Of a stretch of DNA of 64,000 nt, positions 9,988 to 23,320 are shown piece by piece. Origin of the DNA: Octopus sinensis (taxonomy: Eukaryota); assembly GCF_006345805.1 (NCBI RefSeq), contig NC_043011.1:35352464-35416463 (forward strand), written 5' to 3'. The notes under the pieces were generated by a model, which ran no database searches, was not told the DNA's origin, and was given only the letters and a program-made list of their open reading frames with translations. The position numbers were made by a program, and so were the translations under genes. Position 1 is the first letter of the stretch. Each line of letters starts with the position of its first letter.

Positions 9988-12900
9988 TTCTTTATTACCC
10001 ACAAGGGGCCAACGAAGAATGGGACAATACATCATGATTTGGGGTCATGAGACACAGATGGTATTTACAGAAAAAAATGAACTTTTTTAAAAAAAAAAAT
10101 TACAAAAAATCGGATAAATGAATGATATACAACACAACACAACATAAAGGTAACACATGAAGCGGTAACACCAGGATTGCCGACCCCACGAGCCTGCTAT
10201 TCCCACCGAAACACGGCAGCCAACCTACAGCATGTTTACGTGGCTCCTCTCACTCGCAGCAACCGTGCCACACGCTTCCATATTTTATCGAACTCACACG
10301 CAGACAGACACCTCTTCTCCAACTCCACCTTTCTTTTTAGGTGGAACCAAATAGGTCACCAAGGCGGAGCCAGAGATCACGGTGCCTGTCGTTACCGTTT
10401 CATTCTGGTCTTCCATATACACTCTTTCGCTACTGCTACTGTACTGAAGAAGCATGCTTACCTTCACTTGTCAAAAAGCTAGGCGAGTCAATTTTTATAA
10501 TTGTCTCAGCCGATAGCTGTACTCTTCTTCCGTCCGACAACAGGTGTTCGGCATATACCCACACGTCCGAGACTTTCGGACACTGAACAATAGCGTGCGA
10601 GACTGTTTCCAGATCGCGCTCGCATCTTGGCAGTTCGATGGTCCACTCCAACCATGCCTTGTGAGTTTATCCCGAACGGGTAAAGCTCCTCTGAAACATT
10701 GCCAGGTCAAAGACTTCTGGAAGTTATCCAATGTCTTCGGCCCGAACGTCCTTCGGAACAGGCTGTCCAACTGATTTCTATCGAGGCCCAAGGTCCTTCC
10801 TAAGGCATCGTCATTTCCGCCTCTACCAACCTGCTATAAAAAGCAGCGGTGGTACCAAAGCCGCCGGCATTGCCCGACTTGCGGAAGTGCAGAGTGCCTT
10901 ATGGCACTCCGAATACCACATGCTCGATCTAAGTCTGCGACGAAACCAGGTTTCTCTGCCACCGAAACTGACAAAGCTGGGGAACATCTGCTTCGCAAGC
11001 GGGACCACACCCGTTCACCATCCAGGTAGAGCCAAAGGTGCCTTAACCTCAGCGCATCTCTGCGCATCATCAGCCAAGGCATCCCCAAGCCACCCTTTAA
11101 CGGTTTCTGACAGCAGATAGAACGTCTTACAAGAGGAGCACTTCCCTTCCACAAAAAGTGGAAGATCTGTCTCTCCAACTTGCTCAACCACGAATCCGGA
11201 CAAGGACGACGGTCAGGCGTAGGTGATGACCGATGCTAAAAACACATTGGCCACCTCCGCCCTCCCTTTCAGGACAGCCACCGTCCGGACCAAGTCCCGA
11301 CCGCGTGAGCCACCTTGCCCGACACCTCAGACCAGTTCTTTTCTATCTGGAGACCTGGACCAAACCAGATCCCTAGCAGCTTAACCGGGCTCTCCGTCCA
11401 GCATCCCACGATGCTATTCGAAGGCATCGACTTGCCCCTCCAGGTGCCGAGTTGCAAGCCGACCGATTTTTCCCGGTTAATCTTTGCTCCTGTCACCGTC
11501 TCGTAAGCCTTGATGGCATCTCCCACATTACGTAGGAGTTTCCACCTCGGTCACGATGATGGTGATGTCGTCCGCATACGATGTCACAGATCCTCCACCT
11601 CCTGGATTCATCGGGATGGCGCTCAGCTTTCGCAGCAATGGCTCAAGAGCCATCACATACAAAATCGGGGAGAGCGGACACCCTTGACGAACAGACTGTT
11701 GATGCGGAACGGCCTCGAGAGGAAGCCATTCACCCGAACGATCGAGTCGATGTTATCGTACAATTGTATGATCCACCTGAGGAAGCCAATGCCCAGACCG
11801 AACTGCGCCAGCACGGACACCAGGTACCGATGGTTCACCCTATCAAACGCTTTACTCTGGTCTAAATGGACCAATGCCCCACCCTCGCCAGAGTCATTCC
11901 CAAACCTCTCTATTGTGTAGCGTACTAGGTGAAGATTGTCCTGGATGGTTCTTCCTGGGACCGCACAAGTTTGTGCCTTCCCGATCAGACCACCCGCGAC
12001 ACGCGTCAACCTTTTCGCTAAACCTTGGCCAAAATCTCCACCTCTGTGTTTAGCAGTGTGATGGGCCGAAAATTGTCTATGTATCCCCCTTGCTCGGGTC
12101 CTTTCTGATCAGCGTCACCACTCCCCGACGTACAGATCTGGGAATGAACCCATTCTGCCGCCAGTTCGTGAAAACGCCGGCCAGCACGTTCCCGAACAAG
12201 TCTGGCATTCTTTTATATATTTCGTAAGGTAAACCATCGATCCCCGGCGCCTTGCCTTCACCGCAGTCGGCCAGGACCTCAGCTATCTATCTCAGGCGAG
12301 ATCGACGCTTCACAGCTCTCCGCATCCTGCCCCGAGAGGCGCGGCAGCCCGGCGAGGATGTCCGTTAGGTCCACCCTCTCCTCCGGTCCGCCGTCGCCCC
12401 CCAAAGAGCCGAGCGAAGTGCTCCTGAACGTCCGACACATCTCCTCTGTTTCGATGATCACATCACCTCGCCCATTCGTCACAGACTTAATTGTGGAATC
12501 GTTTCCACGTTGAGCCTCCACAACTCGTGCCCATCCGGCAGCCTTGATACCCTCGCACCCCATTCCGCGAATTCTAGCTCTGACGATACAACCCATATGT
12601 TGGGCTTCGAGGTGCTGGTTCAACTCCAGTCTCTTCAGCCTAACCTGGCCCCATCGCCAGCTCTCATGGCTTCCTCTAAGGCCTTAACTAGCCCCATCTC
12701 TTTCTTACGCCTGCTAGTTGCTAGACCTATGCTGTATCTAACGGACTCGTATTTTATGGCTCTTTTGAGGGCGTACCACCATTTGTTGTTAATAATGGAA
12801 CCGGTTAACGCCCTCTTCACTACTAACTCGATCCGCTTTCTGTACTCCTCAATAGCCAGAGGGACTTATTGAGTTTCCAGTAGCCGGATCCCCTACTACC

Positions 12901-14983
12901 TAACTTATCTAGGTTCAGTTCGCCAGTGACCATCCTGTGATCGCTGTAACTGACCGTGTGAAACTATGGACACTTAACTAATCCTTTATCTATTTTCTAA
13001 TAAAAAATTCTGTCTATGTAAGACCCGATAGACCCGTCGCCACTTAACCACGTCCACTGTGGAGCGTTCGGGAATTCAAGTCTGTAGGGATCTACCAGCT
13101 GAAAGTGACTCAGTAGATCCCGGAAGCCAGCGTTTGGTTTCCTATCTTTCGAGCCAATGCCATCGACGCGCGCGTCGACTATGGCATTAAAGTCCCCTAA
13201 CATGACTATGGATTTTGACGTGCCAAGAAACTTCTCCAGCCTCGATAAAAATCAGTCTGACCCGTATTAGGTGCATACACCGCCACCAGCCTGATTTCTT
13301 TACCACAACTGAACGTCAGATCTAAGACGACCAGCCTACCTTCTGAATCAGAAAAAAATCAACTTTTTCTCTGCGACACTATCTTTTTTAAGCAGAACCA
13401 ACACCCCACTCCCGCCCACATGCCGTCCAGGAGAAATAAATTTCTCGTAGCCTTCCATGAGCGGGAGTAGATCTCTTGGCCCTTCGATTCGTGTCTCAGT
13501 AGCGACAATTACATTTAAGTTCCGCGCCCTGATATCGTTTAGAAAACGACCTTGTTTCCAGTTCGCTACCAGGACGCGCACATTTATGCAACCAACGTAA
13601 ACAGCCATAGTTTGCCTACCTTATTTCCTCTGGATCCGGCCGGCGGGGGGGGACCCGTCTCTTCTGCCTCAGATGAACGTGGACTCGGCGCGTTGTTGTT
13701 CTTTCTTTCTGCATCCTTCAGGGCATCCTCCTTGCTCATTCTGGGTGTGCCTACGTCTTTCTAAAGTCGTTTGCATACGTGTTGAACCCTTTCAGTCCCA
13801 TCACGTAGCATCTCCAGCCTCCACCTTTCGCTTCCATCTCCACCTCCTCGACGTGTTGAGTCTCCACTCTGCGTACCACTTCTCTGTTTGCGGTATTCAT
13901 CGCCACATACACCCTGTTCTCCTCTCCGGCTTCTTCGCCTTCTTTACTTCTCTCTTCTCTTTGCTTATAATTTTCTCCGGGGAGGGTTGTTGTGCTTTCG
14001 TTTTGTCGCAGCAACCTGTGACCACCCCTCCCCTACTTCTGTTGCGGCAGTCGTTTCTGTAGCCGCCACTTGAGCACTTGGTTTTGTGGGTACGCTCTTT
14101 TCCTCCGCCGGCTTACAGTCCTTTTGATGTGGCCCTTCTTGCCACAGGTGAAACACCTGGGCTTCCGGCCCTCCACCATTACTGCCATCCGGCTCTCTCC
14201 TATTTCGATGACCTCGCCTATCTCTTCCAAGGCGACCTGCTCTGCCTGTACAATAATTTGTACTTTCTGTCCATGCCACTTTTTGGCTTCTACCACCGTG
14301 GCATCACGCACTTCCATTTGGTCTTCCAGTCCTGCAGTGACCCCAGCCACTATCAGTTCGGCTCGATCTCCGGCGGTATGTTGGCAACCGTAATTTTTGA
14401 AATACGCCTTCCTCTATAGATAGGTAGAAGGGTTATTGTGCCTGTTTTTAGGGGCTTCATTGAATGTTCCCCTCGCTTCTTCTTCTGTCTTGAACCTAGT
14501 TTCCACAGTTCTGTACCTCTTACCCCTGGTTAAAAATGTGATTTTATCCAGATGGGTAGTAGGCACGCCTCCACATCCTTTTCCGACGAAAAGTCTATTT
14601 TCCTTTCTATGTTACGGTATGTTTTGAATATTACCGTTCTCTTCTCTATCTCTTCGAGAGATTCTTTCATCTGGTTTAGTTTAATCTTGTACCCGTCTCG
14701 AGACACTATCTTCTTCGCTTCTTCCACCCTGGTTAGGTAATCCTTCTTTCCTTCGGACTAGCTGCCTCGGCGAAGTTTAGCACCTTCCTTGCCATGCTTG
14801 GCACATCTATACTTTTCTGACTCTCCCACTTTCCTCCTCGTCCGAGAAAATGTCGGGTATAGCATTAGCCATTATTCCTTCCAGGTTGGACATCTCTGGA
14901 CTAAGGACCTGGGTTTGGACTTCCGCTCTGTCCGCCTTCGGGCTGGCCATTATTGGCCTACCCCTCCTCAGCGTCTTCACTGA
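9988..14983 (-). mobile_element. Near-full-length Tx1/L1-clade non-LTR retrotransposon, frameshifted
   Basis: ORF1 from ~14950 with a CFTCGKKGH zinc knuckle. ORF2 from 13608: APE motifs (ATETRI, LGDFNAI, SYIDRIF) and RT motifs (GRTIQDNL, LDQSKAFDRV, YADDI). 3' UTR ends with aataaagaa at ~9988. Confidence 0.95.
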
Positions 14984-15317
14984 AATTGGTCAAATAAATT
15001 CGACTAACGAAAAAAACCAACTTACTTTTTTTTTTTTCTTTTTAGTAGCAACAGTGATTTTATATAGGTGCCGACCAGGCGGGACAAAACATTCGCGTCA
15101 AAAAAAAATATTCTTTTCTATTGTTGTTGAGCGTCCACGAATAAGTGTCATTATATCACATCCATCATTTTTTTTTTTTCAAGATTTTCACGTTTAAATA
15201 AGAAATGGAAATCATTTAGTTAATCATGCAATTTTGGGAATATTCCATTTTTTTTTACTGATATATACTACAATAACAAAGAAATTATTTAAGATTTTAG
15301 ATTTATGCATAAGTATT

Positions 15318-15455
15318 CTTATGGTTCCAAAACGCATGGTTCTCAGTTCAGTCCACTGTGTGGTAACTTGGCATGTGTCTTCTACTATAGCCTGAGACCA
15401 ACCAAAGCCTGTCAGTGGATTTTGTAGACAGAAACTGAAAGAAATCAATCGTATA

Positions 15456-15487
<32 letters not shown>

Positions 15488-15723
15488 GTCTGTGTATGTG
15501 TCTTTGTGTTTCTCCCTCATCACTGCTTCACAACTGGTGTTCGTTTATTTACATCCCCATAACATACTGGTTTCACAAGAAGAAACTGATAGAATAAGTA
15601 CCAGGCTTATCAAAATTTGAAAAAGCTCTACGCAGTGTCTCACATTTTTGTTTGCCCACTCAGTTGTATCTATCAATTTATCTTTGTGTGTGTGTGTGTA
15701 CATACATATATATATGTATGTAT

Positions 15724-15770
<47 letters not shown>
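15318..15770 (+). mobile_element. Diverged SINE family 1 plus flank; first copy of a ~370-bp tandem duplication
   Basis: 15405-15770 is similar to 15773-15843 joined to 18555-18860. Confidence 0.7.
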
Positions 15771-15775
<5 letters not shown>

Positions 15776-15846
15776 ATTTCGTGGACAGGAACTGAAAGAA
15801 ATCAATCGTATATATATGTATGTATATATGTAAGTGTATGTGTTTT

Positions 15847-18551
15847 AGTATTGGCAACATGAATGACAATAGCCAGAGACTACTTGAATTTTGCACATAC
15901 CATAACCTGTGCATCACCAACACATTCTTTCCCAACAAGACATCCCACAAGGCATCTTGGAGACATCCAAGATCTCACCACTGGCATCAGTTGGATCTCA
16001 TCATTACACGAAGATCCTTTCTGAATTCTGTTCAACTGACCCGTAGCGCGGATTGTGAGACAGATCATTCACTAATAAGAAGGGTGAGGATTCTGCCTAA
16101 AAGTCCATCACTCCAAGAAAATTAGCCAACCACGCATTAACACTGCCAGAACCTCGAACCCTACACTGCGACAATGTTTTGCTGTTTTTATCAAGGTTGC
16201 CCTCAGTAGCTGCCCAACCTCCTCTGCTGAAAGTAGTGGAATTATATCAGGGAAGCTTTGTATACCACATCAATAGATACTTTCGGAATGAGAGAAAGGT
16301 AAAACCCAGATTTTGTTCAGTGCTGGCTCTCAGAGCTGGAACCAGTTATCGAAGCAAAGCGTACAGCTCTGATGCAATACAAGAGTGGTTCTTCTACAAA
16401 GTCACACGAAGAACTCAGAAAGGCAAGAAATAAAACCCAACTGACTGCCAGACGCTATGCAAATGGGTATTGAAAGGAAATCTGTCAGAGTATCCAGTCA
16501 GCTGCTGACAGTGGCGACACCCGTGGGATGTATGCCGGTTTGAAGAAGGCCCTCGGTCCATCCGCAAATACCTCAGCCCCTCTGAAATCAACTACTGGAG
16601 ATCTCATCAGGGACCAAAGCAAGCAAATGGATAGATGGATGGAGTACTACCAGGATCTCTACTCACGAGAGACCACGGTAGTAGCTGAGGCTGCAATCGA
16701 GGGTGTCAAGATCTTGCCAGTCATGTGTGAACTTGACAGTCTGCCATCTATAGCAGAGCTCACCAAATCTATTGACTCCCTAGCAAGTAACAAGGCTCCG
16801 GGAAAAGACGGCATCCCCTTAGAGATCATCAAAACCGGCAAAAACACCATCCTGCTTCGGCACATTCATGAGCTTCTGTGTCAGTGCAGGTAAGAGGGTA
16901 CAGTCCCTCAGAATATGCGGGATGCTAACATCATTACGCTTTACAAAAATAAAAGTGACCGTGATGATTGTAACAATTACCGTGGAATATCTTCTTCTAA
17001 GCACAGTTGGAAAGGCCTCTGCTTGCATTATCCTGTCCAGGCTGCAACTAATTGCTTCTCGAATTTATCCAGAATCGCAGTGTGGCTTTAGAAGCAGATC
17101 AACTATTGACATGATATTCTCCATACGCCAACTTCAGAAGTCCAGAGAGCAGAACATGCCATTATATATGGCCTTCATTGATCTGACAAAGGGCTTTGAC
17201 TTGGTAAGTAGAAAAGGCCTCTTCATCCTGCTCCAAAAAATCGGATGTCCACCAAAGCTGCTGAGGATCATCAAATCATTCCATGCTAATATGCAAGGCA
17301 CCATACAGCACAATGGTTCAACATCAGACGCCTTCCAAATAAAAAATGGGGTAGAGCAAGGTTGTGTCCTTGCTCCTACATTATTTGGCATCTTCTCGCT
17401 GCTGCTGTCACATGCCTTTGAGACATCAGATGATGGAGTGTTTCTGCACAGTAGAAGTGATGGGGAACTGTTCAATCTCTCGCGTCTGCGTGCCAAGACC
17501 AAAATTTCAGAAGCATCCTGATCAAGGAGATGCTATTTGCTGATGATGCCGCTCTAGTATCACACACAGATGAAGCCCTACGAAGGCACAGCAACTGTTT
17601 TGAGCAAGCATTTGGCAACTTTGGCTTAGTTATCAGCCTCAAGAAGACCAACATCATGGGTCAGGCTACATCGGACATCCCAAACATACATATTGGAGAC
17701 CACAGAGTATAGGAGGTGGAGAAGTTTACCTATCTTGGCTCTACCGTCACCTACAACCTATCCCTTGATGCTGAGCTCAATATACGCATTGGCAAGGCAG
17801 CTGCTGTGATGGCCCAACTCACCAAACGCGCATGGGACAACAATAAGCTGACCAAGACCACAAAAATGAAGATTTACCAGGCATGTGTACTTAGCACTCT
17901 ACTGTATGACTTTGACGCCATACACACGCCATACGACGCCATACGTCGCCTAAATATCTTTCACCTGCGCTGTCTCCGGAAAATCCATCGCATCAAATGG
18001 CAGAATCATGTCCCTAACAAAGATGTCCTCAAGCAAGCAGGAATACCAAGCATGTTTGCACTCTTCACACAAAGACGTATGAGATGGCTTGGACATGTTA
18101 GCCGTATGGAAGATGGCAGAATCCCCAAGGACATACTCAACGGAGAGCTTGCTAGGGGCACTAGGTCTGTGGGAAGACCGTTCTTACGATACAAGGATGT
18201 TTGCAAAAGGGACATGAATGCCTGCAACATCAATATTACCAACTGGGAAGCAGTTGCCAGCAACCGTGGAGATTGGCGACGTACCGTGAAAAAGGGAACA
18301 CAAAGGAGTGACATAGTGAGAAAGGAGAAATGGAAAGACAAGAAAAGACGTCAACAAGAAACGATGACATTACAACCAGTCAGGCAAAGTCTTCGCTACA
18401 TTTACGGCACCTGCCAGAGGGAGTGTTTGTCCCGGCTAGGACTACACAGCCACAGCAAGAGATGTATTAGGACATGAAATGTAAAAACCGGACAAGATTA
18501 TTTTATGCCCAACTCCATTGTCTCCCGAGACAAAAAGGATGCCAACAACAA
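15847..18551 (+). mobile_element. RTE-clade (BovB-like) LINE, 5' truncated in the endonuclease
   Basis: GNMNDNSQRLLEFC..WRHPRS.HWHQLD, ESQCGFR, AFIDLTKGFDLV, QGCVLAPTLF, LFADDAAL, RWLGHV.RM, LHSHSKRC. Tail ccattgtctcccgagac..ggatgccaacaac. Confidence 0.95.
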
Positions 18552-18843
18552 TATATATGGATTTCGTAGACAGGAACTGTAACAAATAAATCGTATATAT
18601 ATGTATGTATATATATAAGTGTATGTGTGTGTCTTTGTCTCTGTGTTTCGCCCTCATCACTGCTTCACAACTGCTGTTCACTTATTTACATCCACATAAC
18701 TTACTGGTTTCACAAGAACAAACTAATAGAGTAAGTACTAGGCTTATCAACATAAAAAAGCACTAGGCTGTGTCTCATATTTTTGTTTGCTCACTCAGTT
18801 GTATCTATCAATTTATCTTTGTATGTGTGCATGTGTGTGTGTA

Positions 18844-18904
<61 letters not shown>

Positions 18905-18920
<16 letters not shown>

Positions 18921-20208
18921 CCCTAATGGGAGCCTTAAATCCCAAATTTTAGTAATTTCTTTTATGATCCAAAACTTAGTCAAAAGTACTGAATGGATCT
19001 TTATGAAATTTGGAAATTATATTCTATGCATAAGGGCCATAACACCCATGACAATTCATATATTTTTGCTGTTGATGAAATTTTAACCATAGACATTAGA
19101 CACAAATGAAGTAATATCTATAAAATTTCATCTTACAAAGTTAGAAAGACCCCTCCATGGGGACTTAACAACAATTTTGTCATTTTATCTAAGCAAAAAT
19201 GAATACAGTTGTGCTCTTGGAAGCTGTAGGGTTACCCGAGCATAAAAGATGAGCATTATTTGTAATTCAATGGTACAACAGTGTAACAGTTTGCTTTGAC
19301 ATACACACTGCATAAATTGTCAAGTAAATGAGAGGCATATTTGCCTCCACTGATTCAGTTGCAAAGTGTAGAGTAAAATTTATTTGATTGCAGACCTCCT
19401 TTCAGTCTTTTTATTATCACTCGGTCACACATAGTCCCCAGATGGTAACATTGATTTCAAGGCCTTCCCAGATGAGTGACTGGTTATTCAAAGACATTTA
19501 TAGATTTTAAATTTATTCTGTCCAGTTACGTATCAGTATAGTGGTCATTTGCAAACTACAGAGGTGACACTTTCATTTCTCCTTAGCTATCACGTCAAAC
19601 AGTTGTTAATGTTGATTTCAGTTGGGTCACGCCCTTCCAATTGCTATAGATTTGTAATGCATCTTACGGCTGTGCCTGTCACCTGGATGGTGAGGAATCC
19701 TACATTAGGAGTGGTAACGACTAGGGTAGGGTAACTGACTGCTTATTGTGATCATTCGTCTTTTGGTTTCCTGTAGCTTTGCTCTCTTTTACAAACCCAG
19801 TGAACATATATTTCCTATTTCAAAGAAATTCAAGCAATAGATATAAGACCCAAGTTAAAAAGATTTTCAACAATTCAACTTCTCTGGTTGACATTAAGAT
19901 GCCCACCCCCAACAGGGGCCTTAACTCTCACATTTTAGAGCTCCATGACCTTCATTTTTCAGGAACAAAATCTTTTTAACAAGTTAAATAAGACTGGAAT
20001 TTTGGAATATGCGCATAAAAATCAGGATTATGGGATACATGTGGCACGATTACAATTTTTTAGGGTGTGTAAAGATTGAAATAACTCTCATCTGCAATTT
20101 TGATGAAATTCGAAACATAGATATTCCAGTTCATCACAGAAGATATAACAGAAAAGTCTAATTCTCCAATTGAATGTAATATCGGGTAACGCCGGGTATC
20201 TCTGCTAG
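18905..20208 (+). mobile_element. Possible Helitron-type non-autonomous element
   Basis: 3' end cgggtaacgccggg..gctag|t at ~20183-20209. A 5' tatatataaaac..atggatctttatgaaatttgg segment fits, but internal continuity is not proven. Confidence 0.4.
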
Positions 20209-20294
20209 TTATATATAAATATAAAAAAGTAAAAGATATGCAATAAATATAAATGTATATAAAAGTAAAAATGTACATATATATATATATATAT

Positions 20295-20570
20295 TCTTTC
20301 TTTTCTTTCTTTTATTCTTTTACTTGTTTCGACCCGAACACTTCTTTAAAGTAATTCTATATATTTCGCAAGAAAGAACAATAATATTATGTATATACTT
20401 GCCACCATCGGGGGCACAAACACAAACACACACACAGTTTCCGTCTACCAATTCACTCACAAGGCTTTGTTGGCCTGAGGCTCTAGTAGAAGACCAAGGC
20501 GTCGCGTAATGGGGCTGAACCCAGAACCATGTAGTTGGTAAGCAGGCTACTTACCACACAGCCACTCATG
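20295..20570 (-). mobile_element. SINE family 1, internally deleted and interrupted
   Basis: Reverse head at 20510-20570; tail remnant at ~20295-20335. Confidence 0.7.
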
Positions 20571-20609
20571 CATATGTATGTGTGTGTGTGAGTGTGTGGT
20601 GTGTGTGTG

Positions 20610-20653
<44 letters not shown>

Positions 20654-20914
20654 TTGTGTGTCTGTGTGTAGTTTGACAAGTGTCAATGAACGAAACTCTC
20701 GCCCCCCGAGTCACTCTGTTGCTTCTGCTAAATATTGATAAACACATATATGACAAGCTTTTTCAGATTCCGTCAACCAAATCTACTCACAAGGGTTTAG
20801 TCGACCCAGGGCTATAGTAGAAACACCCGCTCAAAGTGCCACGCAGCTGGACTGAACCCGGAACAGCTTACAACACAGTCACGCCTGCTTCTATTCACAT
20901 ATACATGATATATA

Positions 20915-21137
20915 TTTCTTTTGCTACCCACAAGGGGCTAAACATAGAGGGGACAAACAAGGACAGACAAACGGATTAAGTCGATTACATCGACCCAGTG
21001 CGAAACTGGTACTTTATTTATCGACCCCGAGAGGATGAAAGGCAAAGTCGACCTCGGCGGAATTTGAACTCAGAACGTAGACGAAATACTGCTAAGCATT
21101 TCGCCCGGCGTGCTAACGCTTCTGCCAGCTCGCCGCC
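20915..21137 (-). mobile_element. tRNA-derived SINE family 2 with gccccttgtgggta tail
   Basis: Reverse complement of 48112-48345 (gagctggcaga..gttctgagttcaaattcc..gcctttcatcct..gtcgataaa). Confidence 0.9.
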
Positions 21138-21639
21138 TCTTGCATATAAATCTATGTGCGTATATAGACACAGTTATACATGCACATACCTAGTCATGGA
21201 TGGCTACACACACTAACACACACGTACACATACACATGCAAGTAGTCACACGAGTGTACACACAACCACACACATACGCACGCACACACACACACACACA
21301 CACACATACACACTCGCACGCACGCACATAATCTCCTTTCCTCTCACCCTTATTCTTCTAAGCAAACACACATCTACACACACATAGAAAGGCATGCATG
21401 CACGCAGACATAAGATTAATTCGCGGCCAAATTTCAGGGCAGACGTTGAAGAGAAAGGACAAGCTATTGAAAAGGTCGCGAAAAATAGCGACGAACGGAC
21501 TTTCACGAAGAAATAAAACTTTGATTGTTTAACCAAACAAACGATCGATTACGAAGTTGGTCAGATGTGTAACCATATCGTTATTGGCATAATGACGCTC
21601 CCAAGAATCAACAAGATGTATGTGTGTATACGTGTGTGA

Positions 21640-21832
21640 GTGTGTGTGCGTATGTGTATATATGTATGTGTGTGTGTGTGTGTGTATGTATGTGGTGTGT
21701 GTGTGGCAAAAACAGACCGATAGAATAAGTACTAGGCTTACAAAGAATATCCTCCCAGAGTCGATTTGCTCGACTAAAGGCAGTGCTCCAGCATGGCCAA
21801 AGTCAAATGACTGTAACAAATAAAAGAATAAA

Positions 21833-21835
<3 letters not shown>
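21640..21835 (+). mobile_element. SINE family 1, 3' half
   Basis: gaccgatagaataagtact...gtgctccagcatggcc...aataaaag. Confidence 0.8.
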
Positions 21836-21867
<32 letters not shown>

Positions 21868-21868
<1 letters not shown>

Positions 21869-22265
21869 TAGCAGTGTCGCCCGGCGTTGCTCGGGTTTGT
21901 AAGGGAAATAACTATATAAGCATTTTTAGAGATGTAAAGTATAATAGCCATCTCAATATGGCTAACCACAAAGGGGGAGTGTTACTGTAGCTTTTTACAT
22001 TCTGAGATTTAATAATACATTTTTAGAGAGTTACTTCCCTTATATAAACCGAGCGAAAATGCATTAAAAATGCGGAAAAAATTATGGTAATTTTTTTTTA
22101 AAATCGTAAACTCATCGTAGACGTGCGCTAATATCCAGAAGGGCTCGATATGAATCACGACTATAAGATACCCGCTTTTGGTTACACTGCACCGCAAAAT
22201 GAGGGAGTAGTTAGGAATCTAAATCGTAGGAGACAGACACACAACTTCACTTTTATATATAAAGA
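21868..22265 (-). mobile_element. Non-autonomous Helitron (398 bp)
   Basis: Minus strand begins A|TC and ends with the cccgagcaacgccgggc hairpin plus CTAG|T; no TSD. Confidence 0.85.
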
Positions 22266-22311
22266 TATATATATATATATACAAACATACACATATATAT
22301 ACAGTATATAT

Positions 22312-22361
<50 letters not shown>

Positions 22362-22371
22362 TATATATACA

Positions 22372-22409
<38 letters not shown>

Positions 22410-22429
22410 TGTATATATATATATATAAA

Positions 22430-22710
22430 ATTTGAGGGAATATTATACATAACTTACAGGGAAAAATTCAATTTAGAAATACTAATTCAAATTTCACGAA
22501 ATATAATATATATATATATAAAATTAGAAAAAACCACCTTTTATCAATTCAAAATGAACAATTAAATTACACCATCTAGAAAATTACATATAATAGAAAT
22601 ATTAAATATAAAATAATAATATACCGATGATTAAGTAATGTGCAAAATAATAAATAAATCGTATATATCATGAATTGATAAAAGGTGTTTTTTTTCTAAT
22701 TTATATATAT
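22430..22710 (-). repeat. Foldback element with ~37-bp arms (22515-22551 / 22671-22708)
   Basis: aaattagaaaaaaccaccttttatcaattca versus tgaattgataaaaggtg..tctaattt; same family as 31141-31545. Confidence 0.75.
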
Positions 22711-23107
22711 ATATATACAGTCTTTTCTGTTGCTTGACCATTAATACCTGCTATATATCTCTCTCTTGCTGCCTTCGAAACACACTGCCACACATACATA
22801 GACGCACACACACATACATGAAGCAATTTCTCACACTCAAACACTCTAGCACACCCTTCTAAAATAATTCAAATATAAACACCAGTCATACAGAATACAT
22901 TCACACTCTTTGATTTTCCTGTACCCCCCCCCCTTCTCCTAACCGGATTCTGACCTTGAACTATCTTAACGGACATTCTCGTCTGCTTTCACCCAGCCTG
23001 GCGTCAACGCATATAGATAAACAGTTTGTGCCATTTATTCCATGGGCTCCTCGTGAGCGTTTGTGAAAAGCTTGCTGTGCATTTTGTTGGAGAATTAAGT
23101 TCCTGGA

Positions 23108-23191
23108 TTTTCCTGAAGAGAAGGCTGCAAAATGGACTCCTTATTCAATCCGAATTAGGGACTTTGCAGCCTTTGAAACATATGTAGAAAA
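23108..23191 (+). ncRNA. Type I hammerhead ribozyme, intact core
   Basis: ttttc-CTGAAGA-gaaggctgcaaa...tttgcagccttt-GAAA-C(atat)GTA-gaaaa. Confidence 0.8.
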
Positions 23192-23320
23192 TAATAAAAA
23201 GGAATTTTGTTAAATCTTCGTTTCTTCCTACACTAAATATTTATATATATATTTATTACACACATGTGAGTGAGAACACTTTGAGATATTTTTGGTATCT
23301 AACATATGTCAGATACTGCG

